This document shows positions 21,191 to 30,011 of a DNA stretch of 64,000 bases, piece by piece. Position numbers and translations under genes: made by a program. The DNA lies in assembly GCA_963643165.1 (NCBI GenBank), contig CAVIJD010000008.1:4397-68396 (forward strand), written 5' to 3'. The DNA is from a bacterium. Its GTDB lineage: Bacteria; Bacteroidota; Bacteroidia; Bacteroidales; WCHB1-69. The notes beneath the pieces were generated by a model, which was not told the DNA's origin, searched no databases, and saw only the letters and a list, made by a program, of their open reading frames with translations. Numbering within the stretch: the first letter of the stretch is position 1; each line of letters opens with the position of its first letter.

Positions 21191-21940
21191 TGGAGGGGGC
21201 GCGTCGCAGCCGACGGTTCCGCTCCCTTGCGGTCGCTCCACCGCCGGTTATGGAGCAGACTGCCTGCGGCAGCCCGCTTTCACCCTCTCCGAGGGCGTTG
21301 CGGAACAGGGCAACCGCCCCCACACACCCTATCGGACTTTAGACTTGTAACTTACAACTTTAGGGCGTTGCGCAAGTCGCCCTCCTCCGTCTTAGTTCGC
21401 AAGTCAGCCGTGGCAAAGAAGTCCTCGCAGTGTTCGGGCATCGGAGATGCCCAATCAAAGGCGGCTCAACGAGTCGCCACAAGTTACACCAAGCCTATTA
21501 TTATCACTATCGCCCAGATGACAACAATAGCCCAATCTCCCAATCCTCCACGACTAATCATCGTCAAGGGCCACAGAAAATCCCACCTACTTATCCAACA
21601 CATAAAGATGTAAAAAGCCGCCGCTATGGTTAACATATTTTTTTATTTTTATTAGGGTATTAATAATTATTTGAAAACCGATCAAAAAAAGGCTTCAAAG
21701 CACTGTTCACAATCGGATGAAGATACTAATAGAAAGCGGTTAAATGTAGTTGATGGATTTTGCATATTTTATTGGATATTAGATTATTGTATTTGCACAT
21801 ATCTTCGCTGACCAACAAAGCATGGAACAAACAGAATCTCCCCGAAAACCTTGCGGGCAAACGAGCGCGAATGCTCAGAAATATAGGCTGAAATTTTGAC
21901 CATAAAAAGAAGTTTGACTGAACACCTTAAGTTTTTTTCA

Positions 21941-23380
21941 TTAGTTTCTGAGGCAACGGACCGAACGGCCGTTGTACTTGTAGCTGTTGCTGCTGTTCAC
22001 GGTGGCGTTGTCGTAGAAGAGATACCGGTAGTACGCGCCGTAGCTATTGCCCTCGGTAGCGCTCCAGAAGCGCGCGTAGCTGCCGAAAAGGTTGTAGCTG
22101 CCGTAGTAGGTGCCGGCAGGAAACGCCGAGAAGCCCGTGGCGTTGTTGGCGGACGGATTGTTCCCGATGGCACAGCTGTTTGTGCTGCTGTCCCATCCCG
22201 TGGTGGAGGCAAGTGCCTTGGCTATATCATCATCTCTGTTTTTACCACACCTATACTTTCTGTGCTTACTAACATAATCTGTGAGTTCATCCCACTCCGC
22301 ATCGCTTGGAACGTGCCAACCTTCCGGGCAGATGCCCTGCACGCCGGACGGGTTGTCTGATGAGGATGACGAGTTGCCCATCACCGCTTTCCAGTTGTAG
22401 AGGTAGCCGTAGGTGTCGACATTGCCGGCATTGTTGTTGGGATTATAGCGGTAGGCGGTTGTGGTGCTGGTATCAGAGCCCAGAGCTATTTCCGTGCCGT
22501 CGCTGTACTTGGTGGTGCGCAGGTTCTCCTTCATCCAACACTGATTCCCAATCTGCACCGTGTTGTAAACGTTCCCTTCAACGTCCGTTACGGTTGTATC
22601 TGCTCTTTTGTTAAACGGGACCTTTAGTTTATCAACAACTTTTGCATCAGAAATATCTTCTATTACACAAGCCAACAATACCCCTGTAACAACAACAAGC
22701 AATATGAAAACCCATGTCCAGATTTTGTTTCTTTTCTTCTTCTTCAGTTCAGCATTCTCCTTGCGCAGGTCTTCTATCTCCTTGTTCTTCCGTTCTATTG
22801 CTTCCTTGTAGCCGCTCATCTTTGCGGTGTCGTACCCCTTGTCCTTGTAGATGTATGTGAAGCCGCTGGTGCAGCTGGACTTGACCATCTCTTGCTTGCT
22901 GTCTTCCGCGGTGAAACTCCTCACTGCGTCTTTGGACACACCGTAACGCACGGGCGGCAGCTCGCGGGAGGTCCCCTCCAATGCCTCAAATGCGACCTGG
23001 AGGCTTGCGGTAACCGATGCTATCTCCTCCCGGTTCTCGTAAAGTTGGCCCACCGGCGAACACAACGCACCCTTGCCGTCATAGCGGATGAGGCAGCCGT
23101 TCTGCACCATCGTCTCTATCGCCCGCTCAAAGACGCCAAACAGCCTCTTTAGTTGGGTGATGTACTTGCCGTTGATGACGGCGCACAGCCCAACATACGC
23201 TTTGCCCTCGAGTTTGCGGATGTACCCGTAGTACATCAGACCGCCGTCGCGGTGTACGGCAATCTGGGTGACCGCCTTTGCGTTGCCGGCAAATGCCGTG
23301 AAGATTTCCTTTGCATAATCGTCGGGATACTGCGAGTATCCTTCTTTGAAATTGCCGAACAGATATACAGATATGTTCAT
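21941..23380 (-). CDS. Coiled-coil/TM protein with C-terminal Fibrobacter succinogenes major paralogous (FISUMP, TIGR02145-like) domain
   Basis: N-terminal MNISVYLFGNFKEGYSQYPDDYAKEIF...; coiled coil EAIERKNKEIEDLRKENAELKKKKRNK; TM IWTWVFILLVVVTGVLLACVI; C-terminus DVEGNVYNTVQIGNQCWMKENLRTTKYSDGT...GYLYNWKAVM...ICPEGWHVPSDAEWDELTDYV...ARFWSATE...SVRCLRN. Confidence 0.88.
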   Translation of the reverse strand: MNISVYLFGNFKEGYSQYPDDYAKEIFTAFAGNAKAVTQIAVHRDGGLMYYGYIRKLEGKAYVGLCAVINGKYITQLKRLFGVFERAIETMVQNGCLIRYDGKGALCSPVGQLYENREEIASVTASLQVAFEALEGTSRELPPVRYGVSKDAVRSFTAEDSKQEMVKSSCTSGFTYIYKDKGYDTAKMSGYKEAIERKNKEIEDLRKENAELKKKKRNKIWTWVFILLVVVTGVLLACVIEDISDAKVVDKLKVPFNKRADTTVTDVEGNVYNTVQIGNQCWMKENLRTTKYSDGTEIALGSDTSTTTAYRYNPNNNAGNVDTYGYLYNWKAVMGNSSSSSDNPSGVQGICPEGWHVPSDAEWDELTDYVSKHRKYRCGKNRDDDIAKALASTTGWDSSTNSCAIGNNPSANNATGFSAFPAGTYYGSYNLFGSYARFWSATEGNSYGAYYRYLFYDNATVNSSNSYKYNGRSVRCLRN

Positions 23381-23925
23381 TGCCGAGGTTTGAATATGAT
23401 CACTTTGTTCTCGTTGTCCACAGAATAGGATGCCACTCTGTCCATCACCCCGTTGCCCAACAGCAGAGGGGCCTGCACGTTGGCGGAAACCGTTGCAATA
23501 ACATCGGAACAGACGATTTGTCCTCCTATCACCAACTCGTGTAATCTGATGACCATTTTCTCAACAATGCTGCCATCGGCAATATGGACTCTGGTTGTTC
23601 CAAGTATATCATCTTCCGTAATGCAACCTTTTTCATACAGATATCTTGCTTCGGATAGGGATATCGACGTTCCGGAACAGCCGGTGTCGAATATCATCTT
23701 GACAGTGAACTGCCCGTTGATCATGACATCGATAGTTTTAACACCCCCTTGCTCCTCAAACGGCACCGAAACCTCAGAATCTGAAATCTGCGGCTCTACG
23801 ACTTCTGTTGTATCTTCCATTATATCAGACACATCGTAATAAGCAAGTGACTTTTTCTTTTCATGGCAGGATGCCAACAATGTGCCCGCCAACAACAAAA
23901 TTATTGCCTGGTGTTTCATTTTCAT
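23377..23925 (-). CDS. Retropepsin-like aspartic protease, probable lipoprotein
   Basis: Lipobox-like LLLAGTLLASC; catalytic motif MIFDTGCSGTSISLS; LLLGNGVMDRV. ATGA overlaps with both neighbours. Confidence 0.82.
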   Translation of the reverse strand: MKMKHQAIILLLAGTLLASCHEKKKSLAYYDVSDIMEDTTEVVEPQISDSEVSVPFEEQGGVKTIDVMINGQFTVKMIFDTGCSGTSISLSEARYLYEKGCITEDDILGTTRVHIADGSIVEKMVIRLHELVIGGQIVCSDVIATVSANVQAPLLLGNGVMDRVASYSVDNENKVIIFKPRQ

Positions 23926-25352
23926 TCTATTATCTTTACGCTCTTTGAAGCTATTTCTTCCCCGTTGCAGACATACGCTATTTTACATGTTTTGCCTGCA
24001 CTGTCTCGTTTTGCTTGTGATTTGTCACCTTGAAAAGAAAATGCATTTCCCTCCCATTTGCCGCAGTCTTGGAGTTTTTCCAAATTCTTTCCTTCCAATA
24101 CCACGTCGTAAAGATCTCCACATTTCACCTCCGATATTTCTACATCGCAATTGGATTGAGTTATGGTAATTGTGATATTGTCGTCAGAAACATTTCCTGC
24201 ACTCGGTTTTGGCACAGACGTATGCAGCCTTTCAATTTTCTTTTCCTGTTTTTTCGGTTCGTCGTTCTTTCCGTTTCGGATGGCGGCAAACACAACGACA
24301 ACGACAACGATAACAATAACGATTATAAACAAAACTTTTGTTTTTGTATCCTTACTTCCCTGGGAAGAAAGACTATTGGGGAAAAGCCGACCATCACTTT
24401 GCCGACCTTGACCCCTGCTTTCCGGTTCCTGCACATCAGAATTGCGAGAATACTGTCCTTTCGTCAACTGTTTGAGTTGCTTTTTCAAACCGGTTATCTG
24501 TCTGTCTTTGTCGGCTATCGTTTGTTTGTACCCGCTTATCTTATCGTCTATCGAAGCATAACTCTGTTTGAGTTCCAACATCTTACGGTCATTCTCAGCC
24601 TTCGCCTGTTCCACTTGTCGGCGTGCCTGTTCTTGACACTGCTTCCTTTCAGAATCGACTTTTTCTTGAGACAGCCTTTTCTGCAAGTTGATTTCGTCTT
24701 GTGCTTTCTGCTTTGTCGATTCCGTCTCTGCCTTGTACTTTGCCACCGTATTAGCAGCCGCAACCGACAGATAATAGGGTGAAACCGTCAGTGTCCCGAA
24801 TTGCTTGCCATATTCCAACGCCACACGTTTGGTGCATTCGTGGAGGTTTACATTAGGCGATGCGGTTTGAGCGTTTGCGGAAAATCCTGACAAACTGACA
24901 AGGTCTTCGTTCACGGAGAATGCACTGATGTAGTTGACAACTAAAGACTCTATCTCCTTAAGTCGGGCATCTACGTTCTGAAAATCAGCGATCAAGTATT
25001 TTGTCACATTGTTACTCTCTTGCACGCAAAGCCCAACGCACAACTTCTCGTAGGCTGCTTTCAGAACACTGTATATATTCTGCACATCGCCATAAAAAGC
25101 ATTCATGCGGAGCGTCAAGGCGAAGTAGGAACCGGTGCGTCCTTGCGAATCACAGACATTCAAGCCCTTGACCAGCGAGTAATAACTATACGTATTGCCC
25201 CCAATCGTCATGATGTCTATTTTCATGGCTTCCGGAATGTCCCATGGGAGGCCGTAGAAAGAAGACAGGTACCTTTGGTCATCGCCTTGGGGACCCCATA
25301 TTTTTTGTCCCATAGGGACCCCGTGTACAAAAAGGTTAATATTCAATCCCAT
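23922..25352 (-). CDS. Uncharacterised coiled-coil/TM protein in the GTPase operon
   Basis: N-terminal globular domain (MGLNINLFVHGVPMGQKIWGPQGDDQRYLSSFYG...); long coiled coil; Ser/Gln-rich linker; TM KVLFIIVIVIVVVVVVFAAI; C-terminal domain with four Cys. Confidence 0.8.
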   Translation of the reverse strand: MGLNINLFVHGVPMGQKIWGPQGDDQRYLSSFYGLPWDIPEAMKIDIMTIGGNTYSYYSLVKGLNVCDSQGRTGSYFALTLRMNAFYGDVQNIYSVLKAAYEKLCVGLCVQESNNVTKYLIADFQNVDARLKEIESLVVNYISAFSVNEDLVSLSGFSANAQTASPNVNLHECTKRVALEYGKQFGTLTVSPYYLSVAAANTVAKYKAETESTKQKAQDEINLQKRLSQEKVDSERKQCQEQARRQVEQAKAENDRKMLELKQSYASIDDKISGYKQTIADKDRQITGLKKQLKQLTKGQYSRNSDVQEPESRGQGRQSDGRLFPNSLSSQGSKDTKTKVLFIIVIVIVVVVVVFAAIRNGKNDEPKKQEKKIERLHTSVPKPSAGNVSDDNITITITQSNCDVEISEVKCGDLYDVVLEGKNLEKLQDCGKWEGNAFSFQGDKSQAKRDSAGKTCKIAYVCNGEEIASKSVKIIE

Positions 25353-25360
25353 ATTTCCAC

Positions 25361-26281
25361 TTAACCATTTATAAGTTTAAGCAATGCCTGCCATAATTTG
25401 CGTGCGTAAATGGGATGACCCTCGGTATAGGTGAAACCTCCGGTGATAGTTTCGGAATAGTCTCCTGTCATAAACGGGACAAACTCGCAATTGTATTTTT
25501 GGAAGAACCTGGTGATGGGGTTTTGGTTCTCGAACGGGACAAAAATGTTTCTATACAAGTCTTGGACATTCTTGATGGCCGCACTGGTATTCACCTCTCC
25601 AACGCTATAAACAAATGGTGTCAAATCTATCTTGTTATACACAAAAACAACTTTGTCTCTTGACACCATCCTCGACTTCAAATCGCGGATTCGGGTCACA
25701 TAGTTATTGCGGGGCGTAATGTCGTTCCAGTCGGGCTCAAGCATAATAGCCCATATTTTGCGGTTAGGGCTGTTGATTATCTTGTTGACGTATGCCGGAT
25801 ACGGGCGTTTGGGGTTATCGGGGGTATAGTAGTACTCGCCCGGGGCTTCGAGAATTTGGCAAATAGGCTTGCCGTTCTTCAGGACTTTTACAAGCATAAA
25901 GCTGATATTGGAAGTACTGGTGGCCGCGCTGTTTGTGTTGATCATCTGGTCGAAATTCTCGCAGATATTCTTGTAATTCTCGTCGTATGTAGGACGGAAT
26001 GTCTTGTCTGGCACCACCGTATAACCTTGTGACTGCAAGTAACGTGTCATTCTGACCAAGGTCATCGTCTTTCCGCAGGACGGAGGGCCGTAGAGCACCA
26101 CGATAGGTGTTTTCGGGTCAGACACTATGACGGAAATGCTGTTCGGGTCATTCAACTCTGCCGCTGACAGACCTGAAATGGGCGCTGAAGTTTCCATTTC
26201 AGTTGTTACCCTATTGTCGTTCATCTCAACATTAGGCTCATGGTTTGTCGGAATCGGGCCATTATTGATTTCTATAGGCAT
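25361..26281 (-). CDS. P-loop GTPase-like protein
   Basis: Walker A IVVLYGPPSCGKTMTLVRM; DxxG-like ICQILEAPGEYYY; N/TKxD motif VVFVYNKIDLTPF; 306 aa. Confidence 0.82.
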   Translation of the reverse strand: MPIEINNGPIPTNHEPNVEMNDNRVTTEMETSAPISGLSAAELNDPNSISVIVSDPKTPIVVLYGPPSCGKTMTLVRMTRYLQSQGYTVVPDKTFRPTYDENYKNICENFDQMINTNSAATSTSNISFMLVKVLKNGKPICQILEAPGEYYYTPDNPKRPYPAYVNKIINSPNRKIWAIMLEPDWNDITPRNNYVTRIRDLKSRMVSRDKVVFVYNKIDLTPFVYSVGEVNTSAAIKNVQDLYRNIFVPFENQNPITRFFQKYNCEFVPFMTGDYSETITGGFTYTEGHPIYARKLWQALLKLING

Positions 26282-26307
26282 AATCGTTCTATTATTTAGT
26301 TTTATAA

Positions 26308-27375
26308 TTACATTTCTCTTTTCTTGAATGTGATATCAAAGGATATAAAGGCCGCCACATCCACCAAAACAGATATTGCTATCCAGAAAATGAAAGCCAA
26401 CCGTTTTTCGGGTAGTTTACCCGTAATAAAAACTGCCCAAACATCAAACACGCTGAGCATTCTCGACACTTTTGTTTGAGGATTGTCGCATGTGTATGCT
26501 TTTTTATCCCCCTCATTTTGGAAATTTACAAAATCCTTATAGGTCTTTATGGTAGCATAGCCATCATCCAACTTGTCGCAGACTTCTTCCCGAATGTCAT
26601 GGGCATCGGTTAAAGACACAGAGTCCACTTCAATGTATTTCTTTAATTGTTCAAGATTATTCCATGCCGCTTTCGCTTCTTTTCGATAGTTATCGTTGGA
26701 GGGTGTCATTGCCTTGGCAATATTCATCTTTTTATTGTCAAGTTGCATAAGGATAGTTTGTCTGTAAGCATCGTATAGTTTCTTGCGTTCGCCTACCGAA
26801 TTGCCGACACCTGAGAGTTTGTTGATTTTGGCGACTCCAAGAATTTGGGCAATTTGTCCAAGAATTTCCTCCGTTTGAGGTCCGTTGCCAGGATTCAGAG
26901 GGTTTTTGATTTCCGCCTCCAATTCCAACAATTTAGTGTTTATCTGATTCTCCACCTCTGTACATTTAGCTTGAATTTGGGCATCTGTAACCGTATTGTC
27001 CCTGATTTGTGACAGATATCCCTGCGTTGCAGCAATGTCAGCCGTCACCGTCTCGCTTATCAAGCTTCGATAGAAAAAAGTATGTGTATTGGTGGGCATA
27101 CTGCAAAGCAGCCAAAAAACAAGCACAATGATGATGCCACCAATAAGGTTGGCACCGCGTTTTTCCATATAAATATTTTGATTCAAACTATCTGCAATCA
27201 TCTTGGTTCCCCATGAAGCAATAAAGAAGAAACCAATAGTGACAGCCCAACAAAAAGCAACGGGCCAACTATGCAAAAGCAAATGCAGCGACTCGGCTGT
27301 CGCCCAACAACTCACGGCAGCAAATGCAAGGAAGCCGCAAAAAGTGAAAATCTTAACAAACTTGTTGTCGTTCAT
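26308..27375 (-). CDS. Polytopic (about 4 TM) membrane protein with an internal helical/coiled domain
   Basis: Likely start MNDNKFVKIFTF at 27375. TMs: FTFCGFLAFAAVSCWA, WPVAFCWAVTIGFFFIA, LIGGIIIVLVFWLLCSM and LAFIFWIAISVLVDVAAFISF. An approximately 230-aa soluble helical region lies between TM3 and TM4. Confidence 0.75.
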   Translation of the reverse strand: MNDNKFVKIFTFCGFLAFAAVSCWATAESLHLLLHSWPVAFCWAVTIGFFFIASWGTKMIADSLNQNIYMEKRGANLIGGIIIVLVFWLLCSMPTNTHTFFYRSLISETVTADIAATQGYLSQIRDNTVTDAQIQAKCTEVENQINTKLLELEAEIKNPLNPGNGPQTEEILGQIAQILGVAKINKLSGVGNSVGERKKLYDAYRQTILMQLDNKKMNIAKAMTPSNDNYRKEAKAAWNNLEQLKKYIEVDSVSLTDAHDIREEVCDKLDDGYATIKTYKDFVNFQNEGDKKAYTCDNPQTKVSRMLSVFDVWAVFITGKLPEKRLAFIFWIAISVLVDVAAFISFDITFKKREM

Positions 27376-27766
27376 ATTTTTTATAGTGTTTTGTGGACTC
27401 CTTTTGTTTTTCATTTCTCTCCCCTGTCTGCCAGCTTTGTCGGCAAGACTGGCACACCGACACCGTTGAATGTTGTGAAGTCCGTTTACCAATATTCAAA
27501 GGCAATCAATGCGAGTCAAAAGTAACTAAAAAACCTCTACCCCCCACCCGCAAAACTTTTTTCAACAGTCGCCATATCAGCGGTTTACGCTCGTTTTTTG
27601 ACAGTTTTTCAACCGGCGGCGGTTTGCTTCGCTTGCCGTTTTTCGGAACAAAAAGCGTTGATTCTGTTGCCAACAGTTTTCACGCTTTCCAGTTTTTACG
27701 CTTTCGCCGTTCCATTTTTTTTAGGTTAACCCACACGGCAAGTACCTACCCCCCACACACGTACGA

Positions 27767-27840
27767 GCCTCCGGCTGACGTAAGTCTTTTGGGGTTGAAT
27801 TACGCGTAACACTCTACATTCTAAATTCTACATTCTGCGT
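27767..27840 (+). repeat. Dispersed intergenic repeat, copy B
   Basis: GCCTCCGGCTGACGTAAG (27767-27784), then TTACGCGTAACACTCTACATTCTAAATTCTACATTCTGCG; near identical modules to copy A. Confidence 0.8.
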
Positions 27841-27903
27841 TAGCCATGCGTGCCGAGCGATTGGGATTTTTTCTATTTTTGCCGCTGTTTGTTTTCAGTA
27901 GGC

Positions 27904-28359
27904 ATGCAGACCAAAAGGAAAATATCGCTGGTGTTTGTGTTCGTGGCTATGGCGCTGTTTCTGGCACACGCTTTCGTGCCCCATTGCTACCACGCCTGCC
28001 ACGGCTTCGTGGCCGCAGCCCACGAGCAACATGACTGCTCTCACCACGACTGCCCCACACACCACACCAACGAGACCCACTTCTGCCACGCCCACCACCT
28101 GCACGGCAATGAGGACGACTGCCTCCTGAACAAACCTTTCCTGAAGTCAACAGACAACTACGTCAAGTCCGCGCCCACCCCCCTCTCTAACGGACAAGAC
28201 GGCCACACCCTCGGCCTGGACTTCGCCATTCCGACACTCCAAGACCTCACGACACACCACTTTGCAATAGCGGCCAACGGCTTCCCAGACCTCGTGCCAC
28301 TACGCTGCATTGCTGGCTGCTACACCACTGCCGGACTGCGCGCTCCCCCATTGTGCTGA
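27904..28359 (+). CDS. Small His/Cys-rich exported protein (DUF6769-like) upstream of metal efflux genes
   Basis: Start at ATG 27904 (MQTKRKISLVFVFVAMALFLAHAFVPHCYHACHG). His/Cys-rich: EQHDCSHHDCPTHHTNETHFCHAHHLHGNEDDC. Confidence 0.65.
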   Translation: MQTKRKISLVFVFVAMALFLAHAFVPHCYHACHGFVAAAHEQHDCSHHDCPTHHTNETHFCHAHHLHGNEDDCLLNKPFLKSTDNYVKSAPTPLSNGQDGHTLGLDFAIPTLQDLTTHHFAIAANGFPDLVPLRCIAGCYTTAGLRAPPLC

Positions 28360-28457
28360 TTGTCTCTTAACAGACACCTCCCCCCATTATGTTACCAAGA
28401 CCGGAGTGCTATGTTCCGGTCCAAAATCAAGTTACAATCAACACAATAATATTATAT

Positions 28458-29996
28458 ATGAAAATTTTCAGGAAAAGAAACTTATTCATCATAGCCTTGG
28501 CCCTTGCCTTTGCATGCACGGGCTGCCACCATCACCACCACGATGGAGAGGAACACGAACATGAACACGAACACGAACATGGGCACGGGCACGACCACGA
28601 AACCTGCCTGCAACTGACCGCCTACGGCAACCATTGGGAAGTTTATGCCGAGGCACACCCCTTTGTGACAGGCCACGCCTCCGAACTGCGGGCACACGTC
28701 ACAGACCTCAACACGTTCAAGCCCCGCAAGGAGGGCCGCGTCACAGCCATCCTCACCATCGGCGGACAGTCGGTAACACAGGCCATTGACACCCCCAGCA
28801 CGCCGGGCATCTACGAGTTTGCGCTGATGCCCAAACAGCAAGGCCACGGCTCACTGCTCTTTATCATTGACGGCGACACGCTGGCCGTCAACAACATACA
28901 AGCCTACGGCGAGGAAGAAGCCGCACTCGAAGCCGCCGAGGAGGTGCAAGTAAAGAGCGATGCCGGCGCCACATTCACCAAAGAGCAGAGTTGGAAGGTT
29001 GACTTTGCCACGGAGCCGTGCCGTCAGGAGCCTTTCGGCCAGGTCATCAAGACGGTGGCGCAGGTAATGCCGTCGCAGGGCGACGAGCAGGTGGTAACCG
29101 CCCACACCTCGGGCATTGTGCTGCCGCACAGCCGCGACCTGGTACAGGGCAAGGCGGTGAGCAAAGGCCAGACGCTCTTCACCATCGAGAGCGGCGACAT
29201 GATTGACAACAACCTCAGCGTGCGCTACCAAGAGGCCGCCGCCGAGTACGAACAGGCCAAAAGCGAGTACGAACGCAAAAAGGAACTGAACCGCGACAAG
29301 ATTGTCTCCGACGGCGAGCTGGCCCGCGCCAAGTCGGCCTACGAGAAAGCCGCCGCCCTCTACGAGAGCTGCCGCAACGTGTTCAAGGGCGGCAACCTGA
29401 CCATCAAAGCCCCGTTGGGCGGCTACATCCGGCAACTTTACGTGCAGCCCGGGCAGTTTGTAGAGGCGGGGCAGCCGCTGGCTACCGTGGCACAGAACCG
29501 CAGCCTCACCGTCCGCGCCGACGTGCAACCCAAGTATTACCCGTGGCTCGCACAGATTGAGACCGCCAACTTCCGCAGCATCAACGGCAAGCAGACCTAC
29601 TCGCTGGACGACCTGAAGGGCAAGGTGCTCTCGTACGGCAAGGCCACAGGCGAGACTAACGCCTTAGTGCCCGTGCTGTTTCAACTTGACAACCCGCAGG
29701 AATTCATCCCCGGCACCTTTGTGGAGACCTACATCAAGACCCGCTCCGCAGGCACGGCCGTCACCGTGCCCAACACCGCCCTCACGGAAGAGATGGGCAA
29801 CTGCTTCGTTTATGTGCAGTTGACCCCCGAATGCTTCGAAAAGCGGGCTGTCAGCACCGGCGCCACCGACGGCTTACGCACGGCAATAACCTCGGGGCTC
29901 GAGGGCAGCGAACGCATCGTGGCCAAGGGCGCCATCTTTGTAAAACTGGCCCAGGCTTCGGGCAAACTGGACGCCCACTCGGGGCACCATCACTGA
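28458..29996 (+). CDS. RND efflux periplasmic adaptor (CusB/CzcB family) with His-rich N-terminus, lipoprotein
   Basis: MKIFRKRNLFIIALALAFACTGCHHHHHDGEEHEHEHEHEHGHGHDHE. Membrane fusion protein motifs: IKAPLGGYIRQLYVQPGQFVEAGQPLATVAQ. Confidence 0.9.
   Translation: MKIFRKRNLFIIALALAFACTGCHHHHHDGEEHEHEHEHEHGHGHDHETCLQLTAYGNHWEVYAEAHPFVTGHASELRAHVTDLNTFKPRKEGRVTAILTIGGQSVTQAIDTPSTPGIYEFALMPKQQGHGSLLFIIDGDTLAVNNIQAYGEEEAALEAAEEVQVKSDAGATFTKEQSWKVDFATEPCRQEPFGQVIKTVAQVMPSQGDEQVVTAHTSGIVLPHSRDLVQGKAVSKGQTLFTIESGDMIDNNLSVRYQEAAAEYEQAKSEYERKKELNRDKIVSDGELARAKSAYEKAAALYESCRNVFKGGNLTIKAPLGGYIRQLYVQPGQFVEAGQPLATVAQNRSLTVRADVQPKYYPWLAQIETANFRSINGKQTYSLDDLKGKVLSYGKATGETNALVPVLFQLDNPQEFIPGTFVETYIKTRSAGTAVTVPNTALTEEMGNCFVYVQLTPECFEKRAVSTGATDGLRTAITSGLEGSERIVAKGAIFVKLAQASGKLDAHSGHHH
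28538..28602 (+). repeat. 6-bp tandem repeat encoding (Glu/Gly-His)n metal-binding tract
   Basis: GAACACGAACATGAACACGAACACGAACATGGGCACGGGCACGACCACGAA. Confidence 0.8.
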
Positions 29997-30011
29997 AAAG
30001 GAGGCTGAAAG

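Noticed and set aside
21941-27375. Complete diversity-generating retroelement
   Set aside because: No reverse transcriptase and no template repeat were seen in the window; only the FISUMP fold is suggestive.
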